Source: Callorhinchus milii | Taxonomy: Eukaryota | Direction: 5' to 3' | NCBI RefSeq assembly: GCF_018977255.1 | Contig: NW_024704745.1 | Coordinates: 58,838,001 to 58,902,000 of the forward strand | DNA length: 64,000 bases | Shown: positions 37,855 through 50,785 of the stretch, piece after piece | Layout of the letters: every line of letters begins with the position of its first letter | How positions within the stretch are numbered: position 1 is the first letter of the stretch | Program-made: the position numbers and the translations under genes | The notes under the pieces: generated by a model | Database searches by the model: none | Told to the model about the DNA's origin: nothing | Seen by the model: the letters and a program-made list of their open reading frames with translations, nothing else

Positions 37855-38205
37855 ATTTGCACTTTCTTTCTTGAATGTACTGATCTTGGTGGGGATACAG
37901 CTGTATGTGGGATGAGTGGCATCCATTATCTTGCTTACCTGACTGTTTTATATTTGAGTTGAAAGGCATCACAGCTAAGTCTGATTCTACCTTGCTTAAT
38001 GCCCATACATATGCATTCTCCAGCAGGACTCACTAGAGAGCAATGAGAAATGGGTACCCTAAGCACTTTTGTTTTCCTCTCCCAGGACAAAGAGCACTGG
38101 GGTCAATTAGAATAATCTTATACCTATAGTGGCTGAGACCGGTGATCAAACCAGTAACGTTCCTGATCTATATTGGTCAATTTCACATTGGCCAATGCTT
38201 CACCA
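37855..38205 (-). mobile_element. Ancient tRNA-derived SINE, resembles AmnSINE2/UCON3-related shark SINE
   Basis: Minus: 'gatcaggaacgttactggtttgatcaccggtctcagcc...tagtgagtcctgctggagaatgcatatgtatgggcatt...cttagctgtgatgcc'. Family assignment is from memory. Confidence 0.5.
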
Positions 38206-41099
38206 CTTTAGTTCCTGGTCATTAATACATTTTGGTCTCATTCTTTAACCCTCATTTCTCTTGCAACTGGATGTGTGGAATGAATGCAAATGGAGTGAAA
38301 CTTGCATGTTGTCTTTAGCATGATATTTTGCCAAGTTGAATACAAGACAAAAGAAAAATTACGGCTTGAATTTTGATGGTTTATTTTATGACCAAATTAA
38401 TTGGAAATCGTCATATTGCTGATGATTATTATTAACAAAAGAGAATGTAGTGTTGCATCTGGATTTCATTTTGGAAATACCCAGAAAGACCATTGAAAAA
38501 AATGTTTGAACAGAGCAGGTGGCAATACCATCTGTCTTACCTTTTCCTTTTTCAAAAATACACTTTATTTTTCACATTGTTTCACTCATTGCATGAGTGG
38601 ATATACTTTTAAAAAAAGCAGAACGTTCACATTGAAAATCATTTCCATGTGAATATGCTGTATGGTAATCTTGCATGGATTGTGAATGTGTTCTGCTTCC
38701 CATTGTTCCTAACTGAGAGTTGTATTTTATTTGAACCCTCTACCTTTTCCCATGTTAAAGTAACACTGCAATCTCCCCACCAGTCCTACATTGCAGCAAA
38801 TTTAAAAATCTGTAAGAAACTCTGGCTGCCCTTTGGCATTTTCTTCACTCCCCTGTATGTTGTCTGTCTACTTGTTTCCAGGCCACTTAGCTTGGCTCTT
38901 TCAGTTGTAAGTAATCTATTCCCCATGTTTATGGAAAGGGAAAGTGTGAATTTCAGTACTGAGTGCTAAAAGATGCTTTCCCTGAGGATACCACTAAAAT
39001 TAGACATGCATAAATGACATCTGCTGCACGAAGCATGGCTCGTGTCACTGTGGTGTAGCCTAATGCAACAAGGCAAAAATCGCCTTTAATTTTCTGGTAG
39101 AGAGACTTATATTGCTTTATACCTCCTGGGAAAATTCAACAACATTATTATTATTTGATATTACATGTTTTTCCATTTACTGTGCAATTCCTTTTGCATA
39201 CAGACATGATAATTGTGTAAGCTTAAATAATCCTGCTAAAAAAAAACAGGATTTCCCTGAGTATCCCCTAAAGTTGTTAATACTAATGCCACAAATTCAG
39301 AATTTTAGAATTATATTTAGCAGTTGTCATGCCTGAAAGCAATGTAGAACATTTTACAACATGCATGATAGAATTGTAATAAGGTAGTGGTGGCAGTTTA
39401 GGGAATATATGTATATACTTGATGCTTCCCACATGCATTTCATTGGTAAGGTCAAAATATATCTTTCTTTACTTTTCTCTCTGATTTTCTCCCTTCTACA
39501 GCATTTTTGGCATTCTGTTCTAGGATGCTAGGCAGCCTTTGCTAACACATGCAAATGGCCATTTCTAATGCGCGAATTAGGACTCTGAAGAACATCAGCA
39601 AGCAATTTAACTGTTGAAAGCATTGCATCCAAGCCCAGTCTGGCTTGAGCTGACATACATGCATGCGCACTTTGCAGTGAAGGTTATTTGCTTGCAATCT
39701 GGAGTATTGCTTTGGCTTATATCTCTCATCCACTAACCCCCCCACCCAGCCTCGGGATATTACATTTATCATGCTACAGCATTTCACAACCAGTGGCTTT
39801 TCCATGTAATGTGCAAAAATGACTTGTGAAATATTCATGTAATACATGACAACAAACTGCATTTATCTAGCACCCTTCACGCCGGGCAGCGTCTCAGAGC
39901 GTTTAAGTGACTTGCGAACCCGATTTTCTTCCAAAACAAATGCTTTACCCAATTGTATATCTAAATTCAATACAGGAAGCAGAATTTGTTGGAAGGTCGA
40001 CCCCAAAGGTAATTCCAATCACAAGCCTTGGCTCCACTGATGCCTGCTGTTTTAAATTCAGTAACCAGTGAGGTACCAAAGTGCAATCATTCAAGAACAA
40101 AAAAAATTACATTTGTATAGCGCCTTCATGTCGGAATGTTGTAAGTCCACAATTTTATGCATTGCAGATCCTAGACGTTAGCTAGGTCACAGGGAGGAAG
40201 ATGTTTAACAGAAGCCAGGGGATTCTCACAGGGAAGACATATTGGATGGGAGTCACTAAAGTCACCAATTGCACATGGTTTCTCAGAATAAACAAGTCCA
40301 CACTCCCTATTCTAAGCACTATGATTGGAGAGGAGGGGAAAGTCTCAAAATGTGAAGGACTAATATAAATTAGCAAACAATGAAAGGTTTGAAAATTTAG
40401 ATTCTCAAAATCCTTCCAAAACGTATATCTTCAGCTGTGTTTTCAGTTACCTTCCTCCTACCCCTTTTTCTCCTTGCCCCAGTTTTTGCACACTGTCGAC
40501 GTAAACCAATTTGAGTTGCTTTCTGACCTGAAAAGTGCTATAGATGCACAAGTTATTGTTATGGTAACTGTAGGTTTTCCTCACAGCTTTTCACTCGTCC
40601 TGTGATAACAAGCTTCAGGTGAAGTAACTACAATAAAAACTATTTATTTCCTTTTTATGAAAATGTAATTGTAACTGTGTTATGAACATACACAATGTTC
40701 TATTTAATATACAGTCACTACATTTTACAGTATATCTTGTGAAGCGCTTTGAGATGTCTTGAAAATGTGATAAGGAACCATATCAAATGCAAGGATTATT
40801 ATTATGCTTATCAGTACTTGTTTTAACAGAGCACTATGCAATACAGTCTTGTAATGCGGTAAGGTTTACATTGTTGCTATGGTGCAGTGGGTTTCCATTG
40901 GTAACCTAGACACAAGGTTCATACCAGAGCTGTTACAGCAATTTCTGTTACTCTCGCTTATGAAATTTTAATTGCATCAATTCCAAGCATTACACATGAT
41001 AAAGAAACTCCTTTCTGCTCACAAGATTGATTTGGCTGAAGAAGATCCTTCAGCCCATCTGATATCATCCTTCCTTCCACCCTACCATGTTTCCATCAT

Positions 41100-41540
41100 C
41101 AACAACACCAATAGCTTGGATTTATATAGTGCCCTCCACGCCGGACAGCGTCTCAGAGCACTTTGCAGTAATGGATCCCGGGACCGAGCCAGGGGGAGGG
41201 GGAGGAAGGTGACCAAAGGCGCAGTCGAAAAGAAAGGTCTTCAGCAGAGACCTGAAAATGGGAAAGGGAGGGAGCAAGGCGAAGGGAGTGAAGAAGGCAG
41301 TTCCAGAGCTTCGGGGCTTAGTGGCTGAAGGCACGGCTGCCGAGGGTGGAGCGGAGGACTGGGGGGACGAGGAGGAGGCCAGACCCGGAGGAACAAAGGC
41401 AATGGGTACTGTTTTGAGGAGTGAGGAGGTCAGAGAGGTATGGGGGTGCAGAGGAGTGCAGGGACTTGAATACAAGGGTGAGGATCTTGAAATCGATCCT
41501 CTCTGGGTTAGGCAGCAGTGCAGTCTGGTAAGGACTAGCA
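41100..41540 (-). mobile_element. L2 3' end, second subfamily
   Basis: IFRSLLKTFLFD; tail stem-loop variant 'gtgctctgagacgctgtccggcgtggagggcac' on minus. Confidence 0.88.
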
Positions 41541-42297
41541 TCAAGCTCTTTTTTCCCAAAATGAGTTCCAGTATCTTGGCCTTAACTATCCTTCCTGACA
41601 ACTACATTGTTTCTGTTTCTCGCAAAAGTCAACTTTTGCGAGAAACAGTTTGGATAGGAATGTTTTCCCCTAGACATTCTTTCTCGTTTAAACGAATTCT
41701 CCTCAGCTCATATTAGTTCATATATCATTCCCTTGGAGACAATCTGACATAAAGATGTTTAATCCCATCAAAATGATAGGCACTTTCACTAGTGTCTGGG
41801 CTCTGTCTGATGAGACAGAAGGAAGGTTGGGGACTTTAAGTACTCTGAAATGCCACCACACACTCAGGGGTGTTATACAAATGCAATTTGTCGTTGTTGA
41901 CATTACGTTAAAGTGCTGTAACATGATTGAAATACTTTGAATTAAAGGAGCGCTCTGTATATGGAGATCTGAATCATTTATACAAAATCATCAGAGCTGT
42001 TTATCTTGTTGAAGATAAATGAGACATTAAATGAATATTGAAGTTAATTGAAAAATTATTTAATTTAATATCAAACTGCATTTGCTGTTCTCAAATCCAT
42101 TCACTTGCTCTGGTTCTCCTCATTTATATTACAGAATGTAGCATTTTACATGAGCCTTACAGCAGCAGATTTGAATGAATCCAGACTTTTACAAAAAGAC
42201 AGTAAATATACGTGTCTGTGCCGTTCTAATGTCAAGCTTGATGCGTGTAAATCTGCACTTGAAAGCTCTTTGAGAATCACTGGAAGAGAGACATGAA

Positions 42298-42317
42298 GGT
42301 TCAAAAGGTCATCAAAG
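42298..42317 (+). promoter_or_regulatory. Candidate DR2 nuclear-receptor (RAR/RXR) element overlapping a TCF/LEF site
   Basis: GGTTCA-aa-AGGTCA (42298-42311) and ATCAAAG (42311-42317) in repeat-free sequence. Confidence 0.45.
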
Positions 42318-43469
42318 TTTCTTCTGACTTTGTACTTGACAAGATGCAGTTCGCCCCGTGCATTTCATGCTTGATGAAGTAATGGTACACACTATGGACC
42401 AGAGGCATTAAGCAGTAACCATAATGAACTGGAAAATGAGCATTATTGGTGAGGTGCAGTGGTTTAGATTAGGTTTAAGCACTCAACCTCACCTTTATTT
42501 TCAGACCGAATCTGGCCTGCATTATTCAGTAATGCACAACTTCTCATTCATTATTGCTTAAATGTAATTTCCATAGAGAAGCTGTCAAGAAGAAGATTTA
42601 ATTACAGTTGAATGGATTGGTCTGAAAGGTTATCTAAATTGGATGTTATTTGCCAGCTTTGCCATCAGCCTTGCTATTTCCCTCTTTATCTTTGTCTTAC
42701 ATGCATGAGAGTGCTGGTCTCTTGTGAACAGCTAATTAATTCATACCAGGGTGAGAAAAACACAAGCAGTTTTGAATTATTGACTAAAGGAATAAGGAAA
42801 ATAAGGTTCAGCTTTAAAGGCTTTTATCCCTTCAATCACCAGTTGCCGCAGCTGGTCAGAAACAATGGTGCTTCTTCTGTTAATTGTTCTTTTGTGAATA
42901 CTGTACCACTATGAATGCTGTTCTGCAGGTCTATTAGATGCTTAAAAGAGTTGAATCACATGGGGCTTGACATTCTGAGTTCCTGCTTTTGTCTGGCACA
43001 AGAAAATCAACATTAATTTGTTACAAAGTGTGGAAGCTTTGCTCTTCTCTCCTTTTCTCTGACCTGCTCATTATCTTTCTTTCTGGTGTTGCATTGCAGT
43101 TAAAATACCTAATTACAGTGATTATATGCACTGCACAATGAGGTGGGAGCCTTTTGTGGACAAGCACCTAAGCAACGCTATCAGCCCTTTATCAAGTTTA
43201 AGCACTAACAATCCACAAGCCATTCCACCACCAGGGAATAAATGTTGCTGGGAATTCTGCCAAAGTAGAAATGCAGCTGAGCTCTCCACTCTCAGCTGGA
43301 TCTTACCTCCATATTTCCATCCTAAGAATGAAAACCTTCTTTACAAATAAAAATTAAGCTTAACTCAGAATACTGGAGGTGAATGGATCTTGAGCTAGGT
43401 ATCACTGAAGAAAAACAAATTATAGAACTTTGCCATTGATTTTTTTTACACAGAGGGTTATTGGGACAT

Positions 43470-43930
43470 GACAACAACAACAAATTACATTTGCATAACG
43501 CCTTTCACATTGGGAGGACATCCCGAAGTGTTGGACAGTCAGGGAATTGGACCTAAGCAGGGGATTGGGATCAAGAGTGATAGGGAGTGTTGGAGTGTAG
43601 AGGTAGGAGGGTGACTGAAGGTGCGGTCGAAGAGGAGGGGCTTGTCACGTACCTTGAAGGAGGCAAGAGAGTCAGGTGAAGGGACTGTGAGATGGAGTTC
43701 CAAAGAGAGGGTGAAAAGGCTGAAGGTCCGACCGCCGATGGTGGGGTGGGCTGGGCAGGGGACATGGAGCAGGTGGTTGAAGCACTTTTCCCTCCTTCCC
43801 TCCACACTTTTAAAGCCTGCCTTAACATCTTTCTTTTTGATGATGCTTTTGGTCATTTCCCCCATAAAGAATTTCTCTCTTGGCTTGTTGCCCCGATCTC
43901 GTGATCTCAGAAATTGGCGTTTAAGCACAA
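43470..43930. mobile_element. Two L2 3' fragments back to back (minus 43470-43778, plus 43785-43930)
   Basis: (CAA)n tail and 'gcctttcacattgggaggacatccc'; then plus 'ttttaaagcctgccttaacatctttctttttgat'. Confidence 0.75.
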
Positions 43931-44459
43931 GTACAAATGGCATTCTGACCTATACTTTAGTACTCATAGTGCCTCCAGCATTGAAAAACTAATCTCGAGC
44001 CTGCTGACCAGACACAGCAGCAAAATATGGCAGCAAAAGATAATAGAATCCCAAATAGAAGCAAATCATTGTGGGTGGGAGGTGGAGAGAGGGTGTTCAG
44101 TTCCACAGGCAGTCTTTTGGAATGAATAGAAAATATTGTGTTTCATAACAGATTAGGTAACACATTTGATCATTATTGAATCTGTTATGAAATGTCACAT
44201 TTTTCACCCTGTAGTTTATTTTTCTTGTTTCTTCCAGCTGCCACTGTATATTTTGAAAGGTGAGAGCAATTCACTTTACACAGTAGTATCACAGTAAGGT
44301 ATGGAGCCAACGATAAGCTAAAAGCCTGAGGATTGACAAAGTCATGCCATAGAAACATCTCTGTTAATTTACGATTCAGGGAAAGAGAGTGAACAAAAAG
44401 CCAAATCAAGTGAGAGTAACAAAGGGTTAACTGGTGGAATATGACTAATTTAAGACTGA

Positions 44460-44705
44460 AGATTACAAAGAATCTACCGCACCGAAAGAAGTCGTTCGGC
44501 CCAACTAGTGCATGCTGATGTTTACACTCCACACGAGTCTTCACCCATCCTAAACCCCCTCCTCCCTAGCAACTCCCCCCTCTACCTAGCAACCCACCCC
44601 AACTCCCCCCACCACCTCCTGACCCCCTATTCCCTTTCTTCTCTCTCATGCATGCATTGATTTTCCTTTAAAATGTATTAATGCTTTCTGCTTCAACCAC
44701 ACTGT
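44460..44705 (-). mobile_element. CR1 3' end with C-rich expansion
   Basis: 'gcaccgaaagaagtcgttcggcccaac...ctccacacgagtc'. Confidence 0.65.
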
Positions 44706-44864
44706 TAGTCACAGGAAGAGTGAAAGGAGGTTAAGTGAAATTGTTTCATTCAAAGTTGTTGGCATGTGGAATATCCTGCCAAGTAAAATGGTACAGTCCA
44801 TTATGAGATTCAAGAGTGAAGTGAACAGATAAGATATATGCTTTGGCCTTAACAAGATTGAGTG

Positions 44865-45405
44865 GAAAGAATCCCTGTCCCTAGTGACTGGTCTGCCCCT
44901 AAAAGTGGTGCCGATGAATCAAGCTGGTCTGTCATCAACAGTGGCTTGAAATACTGGAGACCTACCTGGCTCAGGAAACGGACAATTGGAACCACCACAG
45001 AAGATTTACTCGACTCTATTTTATTGCTTGCATTTCACTTTGGAACCAGCTCAGTCGCACAAATAGCCTGTGTTGTTTGGTGTGGTTATTTCAATAGTGT
45101 TAACCACATTTATGAGTTTACTGTTTCCTTCCCTTTCCCCTGGGGTGGACATGCCTAACTCAGCACAGGTTGGCAAAATCCAAGGCTGGGGACCCCAAAG
45201 TGTACTTCAGTGTGTACTGCTGGATTTAAACTGCGAGTACACAGGTAAGCTTCCCACTTCTTGCCAATTATGACTATTCTAGCTGTTAGGGTTTGGCTTG
45301 CAGTTTTAACAGGAGGTGCATGGGATGAATCCCTGCCCCTCCTGCCTGGTCTGCTCCTTCATGTCCTGCTGATGAGCCAGGCTGGATTTGTCTGTTACCA
45401 ACAAT
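44865..45405. repeat. Third copy of the unclassified repeat, inverted relative to 2895-3350, partial tandem dimer
   Basis: 'gaatccctg.ccct' at ~44868 and ~45327; 'gttagggtttggcttgcagttttaacaggag' matches the reverse complement of 3113-3146. Confidence 0.7.
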
Positions 45406-45484
45406 GTAATTGACATACCTTCTCTTCTCAAAAATAAAATCAGAAGTTACAGTCAAAATGATTGATGTTATGACTGATGGACAA

Positions 45485-45855
45485 GGTGTCAGCCTAGCTC
45501 AGTTGGCAGGACTGTCGCCTCTGCTGGGAAGCAATGCATTGACGAAGGTGCCATCCTTCAGATATGATGGTAAACCGAGGTTTGGTCTGCCCGTTCAGAC
45601 AGATGTTAATGATCTTTTTGCATTATTCGAAATAGGGAAGTTAATTTGTCCTGGTGTCCTAGTAAACAATCCCCCAGGAAAAAGCATGGTCATTTGCTTT
45701 GTGGCTGTTTGTGGGATATCGCGGTGCACAGATTGGCTTCTGAATTTGCTTGCAAAATACATAGTCATTACATTTTACAGTAAATTCCTGTGAAGCACTT
45801 TGAGATGTCTCAATGATTCAATAAAGCGTTCTGTCAAAATGTAAGTATTATTGTT
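45485..45855 (+). mobile_element. SacSINE1-like DeuSINE
   Basis: 'gtcagcctagctcagttggc', 'ggtgccatccttcagat', 'gtggctgtttgtgggatatcgcggtgcacagattggct'. Confidence 0.8.
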
Positions 45856-47851
45856 ATCCCAAGTGTCCTTGGAGCCATTATCCTTGCCCAAACTGCAGAC
45901 ACATTTCAGAACTGTTTTGGACACATGGCATGTGTGATTCACTCATTCTCCCTCCCTGGCATAAAAATGTATAAAAATGAAACGGGATGGAGATGCTGGT
46001 AGTCTGCATTTGGTGGTAGTGAGATGACTTGCGAAAGGTGAAGAGCTCTGTATAAACTGTATGTTACAATACCCCTGTATACCCCTGTTTGTTCTGTTCA
46101 GTAGTCTACAGGGCCTGTCCTATTCAAGTAAAACATTACTTTTCAAATTTACATATTTGACTCTATTATTAAGACTTCATTATTCACTAAATAACAGGGC
46201 TTCTGTGTTACTTTCCCTTTCCTCACTGTGCCCAGTGGGAGGGGATGCCAGGCTGCTGACTGATAACCCAGCCTACATTCAAAATGGTGGTCCTGGTGGA
46301 ATTGCAGGGATTTTAATTCTATTTTTATCTGGTAGAAGGCTAGTGGAAGAAAATCATAATATTGCACCACCAGTGGTGCCAATTAAGCCATTCCATTTCT
46401 TTAAAGCTGCAATGCCTTGCAAACTACTCCTAATATAAATTAGTGAAAAGTACTTTTAAAATTAAATGCAGTTTCGTTTTAAAAGAAATTACTTAATCAT
46501 TTATTAAAGCTAAAAAACATTAAAGAATTATCTAATCTGTGTGGATGGAGGAAATCTTTAAATTGTGCTATCACGAGTACACATTTTATGTTACTTTACC
46601 AGCCTGATAAACCTCTAGATATAATATTTAATGTTAAAAAGTTATTTTCGTACCTGGGAATCAAAATACCAAATCCCTCAATAAATAAACAAACATAACA
46701 CAATCTCCAGAAAGAGAAATTCTTCTTCTAAAGTCAGCGGTTGTTCAGTCGCACTCCTGTTGTGTGAAGGCTGGAAATTGAATCCTTCTCATGTGGAGAA
46801 CAGTATGAACACTGGGAGTGTGAATACAGTCCCACTCACCCTCAACCAAACAGAAAACTATCTTGCAGTTAAAATACAGCTTCTGATGACAGGTAATGTA
46901 GTCAAGGTTATCACTGATTTGGCAACATTTTTGCACTCCAGGATTATTCCGACTATGCTCAAAAATGTTGGTGTTAAATAAGTCTATGTAAATTGCTCTC
47001 TTCCTAGTGTTTAAATGTGCACCTTATATCTTGCACAAGTGAAAGACCTCCATTAATTCTTCTGTTTGTGTAGTTTATGTCTTTCACAATTGTTGCAGAT
47101 AAGATAATCTATAGCTTTGATCTGAGGGCAAAAGTTGTCGGAAACATTTGATTTATTGCAAAGGAGTTTGTCAATAGAGGAGAAACTCAACGAGAGAAGA
47201 AAAAGATTGTGGAGAAGTCTTATCTCATCAGTCTCAGAGCGGCCAAGATAGATGTGTTGTAGTTCCGATTGTTTTCGGACTGAATGCGTTGGTGCTTCAG
47301 GCGGATATTAAAATTTAACACAGGCAGACGCTGCCTTCTTTCACCCCTTATTGTCACCATTTATTAAGACAAAATGTCACTGTTGACATGTCTGAATTCA
47401 GACGCTTGTTTGTGTTCAGACAGAGGGCTTTTCGAGCTTGCACGAGTCTGAGATGTGCTCCAGGCTCACCATTGATGTGGAAAGCACACAAACAACAGAT
47501 CAATACATTAAATGCTAAATATGTTAATTCTAGGAAAACAACGTATGCTTAAAATATGCACCTGCAAACTTAAATGTTTTAGGGGATTTTGAATTTTGGA
47601 ATATTATAAATATTTTTTTCCAATTTATTTCATTCCTTGGTCCAAGGTACTATCCTGCACAATGGACATTAGAGAAATGCAAGTTGCTGTTCTCTCTTCT
47701 CCTCCCATACAAAACATCGGTCGTGAAAGTGGTCACTGAGTTGTTGAATCCAATGGAATTCCTTAGAAATACAAGTTGTTGTTATCATGGATTTCTGTTA
47801 AGAAATACTCCAAATTAGACCCTTTAATATTTCAGCTTGACAATTAGATGT

Positions 47852-48072
47852 CATTGGGCCGAAATTTCACCTGGGTCTAGATTTACTCAATTTACTTACC
47901 ATTTCAGAGCATCAAGAAATCAATAAATTCTTAAATTTTCAAAGCCTGTTTTCTCTTCACTTCTTTTAAAAATAACAGAAAACAATTTCAAAGACTGAAC
48001 TCAACAACTTTCATGCTCTGAACTGCAAAGAAAACAGTAAATGTAGACCCAGATGGAATGACTCACCCCATG
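47852..48072. repeat. Degraded palindromic MITE-like element
   Basis: Arms 'ctgggtctagatttact...ttcagagcat' and 'atgctctgaa...agtaaatgtagacccag'. Confidence 0.65.
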
Positions 48073-49289
48073 ATAACAAATTTGATTTTCACTTCTATCC
48101 AGCTTATCTAGGCCAGGCCACCACACCACATGGTCTTCTTCGCTTTGGCTGTTGCCTGTAAGAAATTAAACTCTTCCTCCACTCTGGCTCTCAGATGTGC
48201 TGCAGGCAAGAGGAAACAGGACACAAGTGATTTGCAATCCATACTTGGATCAAAAAGATCAAAAACTGCCACATGCCGTAATGTGTTCATTAGAAGGCTT
48301 TTACTGGGAAAGTGGTAGATGGAGCAGTTTATGCACGTGTTCCCATGTAACAAACAGCATTTAAGAATTGTGTGGACTGTTTGTGATCGGTAATGAAGTT
48401 TCTTGTAATACCAGTCTTAAATAATGAGTTAATGCAGAGGTAAATGTGGTCTCTACTTCAGCCTATACCATAAAGCATCCATATTTCCCCATGTCACATT
48501 GACCAGACTCTTGGAGTTGGTTCTCTCACTGCCTAAATAGTGAGTTGCCTACATTCTCAAGATTGAAAACAATGACAACAGGAAACAACAACAAATTCCA
48601 TTTATATAGCACTTTTCATGTTGGGATGACCTTCCAAGGCAATGAAAAGGTTCAGCATTGAAACATGAGAGTGTAGTGCCGCTCTACATAGAACTTGCAC
48701 AGAATCTCTGATGCAGGCCAGCTTTCATTGAGCGGACATCATCAAACCACTTTTGCAATGTTGTCTGATCATTCGTGCATGCGTGGAATGTCGCACTGCA
48801 AGCACCGGTATGCCCTTCCTCTTGCAGAAGATTGAAGGTGAAGTTTGAGTGTAATGGGTGGATGCAGAAAAAGTAATGCTGGATCATCAAAAGTACTACC
48901 ATTCCATGCCGCAGGAACAACAGTATAAAAGTGGCCAAGAGCTGATCTCGAATAGGCTTGTATTAGATGATAAATACCTGTGAAACTGACCCAGTGGACC
49001 GAATATATTGTGCAGCAAATAAGTCATGCAGAATCTTCAGACAATTGAACTGGTTATTTTCTTGATTGTGTCTGTAATAACTGATCAACACACAGCATTA
49101 CAAACAGTTATAGCTCTTTGGTAAATGGTCCTCTGACTATTCCTTTTGTTCATTTTTCTTACATCCTCCAACCCAGAAAGGAATTTCAGGGCTCATAACC
49201 CCCTTGGCAGAAAGCATAGTGATTTTCATGGGTTTTTCCTGTTGGAAGAACAAATCAACAAAGTCCCAATATTTTAGTGATAAGTACAT

Positions 49290-49545
49290 TAGGAATGTGG
49301 AAAACAGGAACTGGAGAAGGCCATTCAGTCCATCAAACTTATTTAATTAATTTGTTAGATGTTGGCACATTAATTCTCTGCCCTTTTATTGTAGCCCTTA
49401 ATATCTCTAATGCCCAAGTATCTGTCTCTCTTTCATTTAAGCACCTTTATTGATTCCACCTTAATAGCTTTCTTGCGCAGAGCATTCCCTATCTTGACAG
49501 CCCTCAGTGTGAAGAAATGCTTCCTGACTTCAGGTCTAACTGAGG
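49290..49545 (-). mobile_element. Old CR1 3' fragment
   Basis: 'ggaactggagaaggccattcagtccatc', 'cagagcattccc...ccctcagtgtgaagaaatgcttcctga'. Confidence 0.65.
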
Positions 49546-50039
49546 GATATCAGCACTTCAGTTGCAGTGGTGGTTGGGAAGTGCACCAATAGATTGAAAT
49601 AGTCTAAACTGTTAGACTACTTAAAAAGACTAACTGTTAAATAGTCTAAACTAAAGTCAATAACTATTTCTATTGAAGTGTATGGACCATTGATCAGTTC
49701 ATAGGACAAATCATGTAAATGCACATTTCCTTCAACCAATATGCTGGTCTAAAGGTCTTTGGGGTTCTTGTCCTTGCTGTAAATGTGGTAGCTTGTTCAC
49801 TCACATGTCACAAGGTAATTGTAGGTGCTAATTGAACAGAATTGGGCTAATTGACATTTTACGTTTAATGCCAAATTGGAATGGATTGTGTAAATAGCCT
49901 TTGGTCAGTCAAGGATTTGAAGTGTACAGTGACTGCTGAGGAAAAAGCACCAATGGTATCCAGACCCTAATCTGTCTGACCCTGATTTGTATGCCTAATA
50001 TCGGGTGTTAGAGTTTGGAGAACACCCATATTCTGTATT

Positions 50040-50488
50040 CAACAAAAACAACAACAACAAGATTCCATTTATTGAGCGCCTTTCACGTCGGGAGGACGTC
50101 CCAAGGCGCTGTACAGTTGGGTCAGGACCCGAGCAGGGGGGAAATGGTCAGGGTAAGGGGAGGGAAGGGAGGGAGCGAGGAGGGGCTAGAGAGTTGAGAG
50201 GGGAGCTCAAGGCACGGTCAAAGAGAAAGGTCTTGAGACCGGCCTTGAAGGAGGAAAGGGAGGAAGCAAGGCGAAGACACTGGGGGATAGAGTTCCAGAG
50301 CCTCGGGGCTGAGAGGCTGAAGGCCCGTCCACCGATGGTAGGGCGGTTGGGGCGGGGGATGTGGAGCAGACCGGAGCCAGAGGAACGGAGGGTACGGGAA
50401 GGTAGGTAGGGGGATAGTAGGTCGGAGAGGTAGGAGGGAGCAAGGCCGTGAATGGCCTTGTAGGTGAGGATGAGGATCTTGAATTCAA
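50040..50488 (-). mobile_element. Young L2 3' end (~450 bp), sibling of 33824-34269
   Basis: Near-identical sequence; same (CAA)n tail and stem-loop. Confidence 0.95.
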
Positions 50489-50620
50489 GGTACTTTGATC
50501 TGGCTCTTCAGCAACAGACTCTGATTTGGATTTTTTTTGTTTAAGGAGGATTTTTTGTGAGTTGTGCAAATGGGAACTCATTCAGTAACCAGAAATGCAT
50601 CATGCTGACCTGTTCTAGCT

Positions 50621-50785
50621 TAGAATCATAGAAACATAGAATATTACAGCACAGAAGGAGGCCATTTGGTCCATTGTGCCTGTGTCGGCTCTGTGGAAGA
50701 GCTACTCAATCAGTCCCACTCCCCTGCTCTTTCCCCATATTCCTGCCAATTTATCCTTTTCAAATACCTATTCCAATTCCCTTGA
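50621..50785 (-). mobile_element. CR1 3' end
   Basis: (CATAGAAT/CATAGAAA) tail, 'cacagaaggaggccatttggtccatt'; reverse complement of the 35640-35755 family. Confidence 0.88.

Noticed and set aside
45355-45400. Hammerhead core from CTGATGA in the unclassified repeat
   Set aside because: No stem II followed by GAAA in any of the copies.
46362-46381. CTCF site (gcaccaccagtggtgcca)
   Set aside because: One base short of the core consensus; just a short palindrome.
48108-48938. Possible coding exons (KRKQDTSDLQ..., QKWFDDVRSM...)
   Set aside because: Weak splice signals and no recognisable homology; cannot be supported without RNA-seq or BLASTX.
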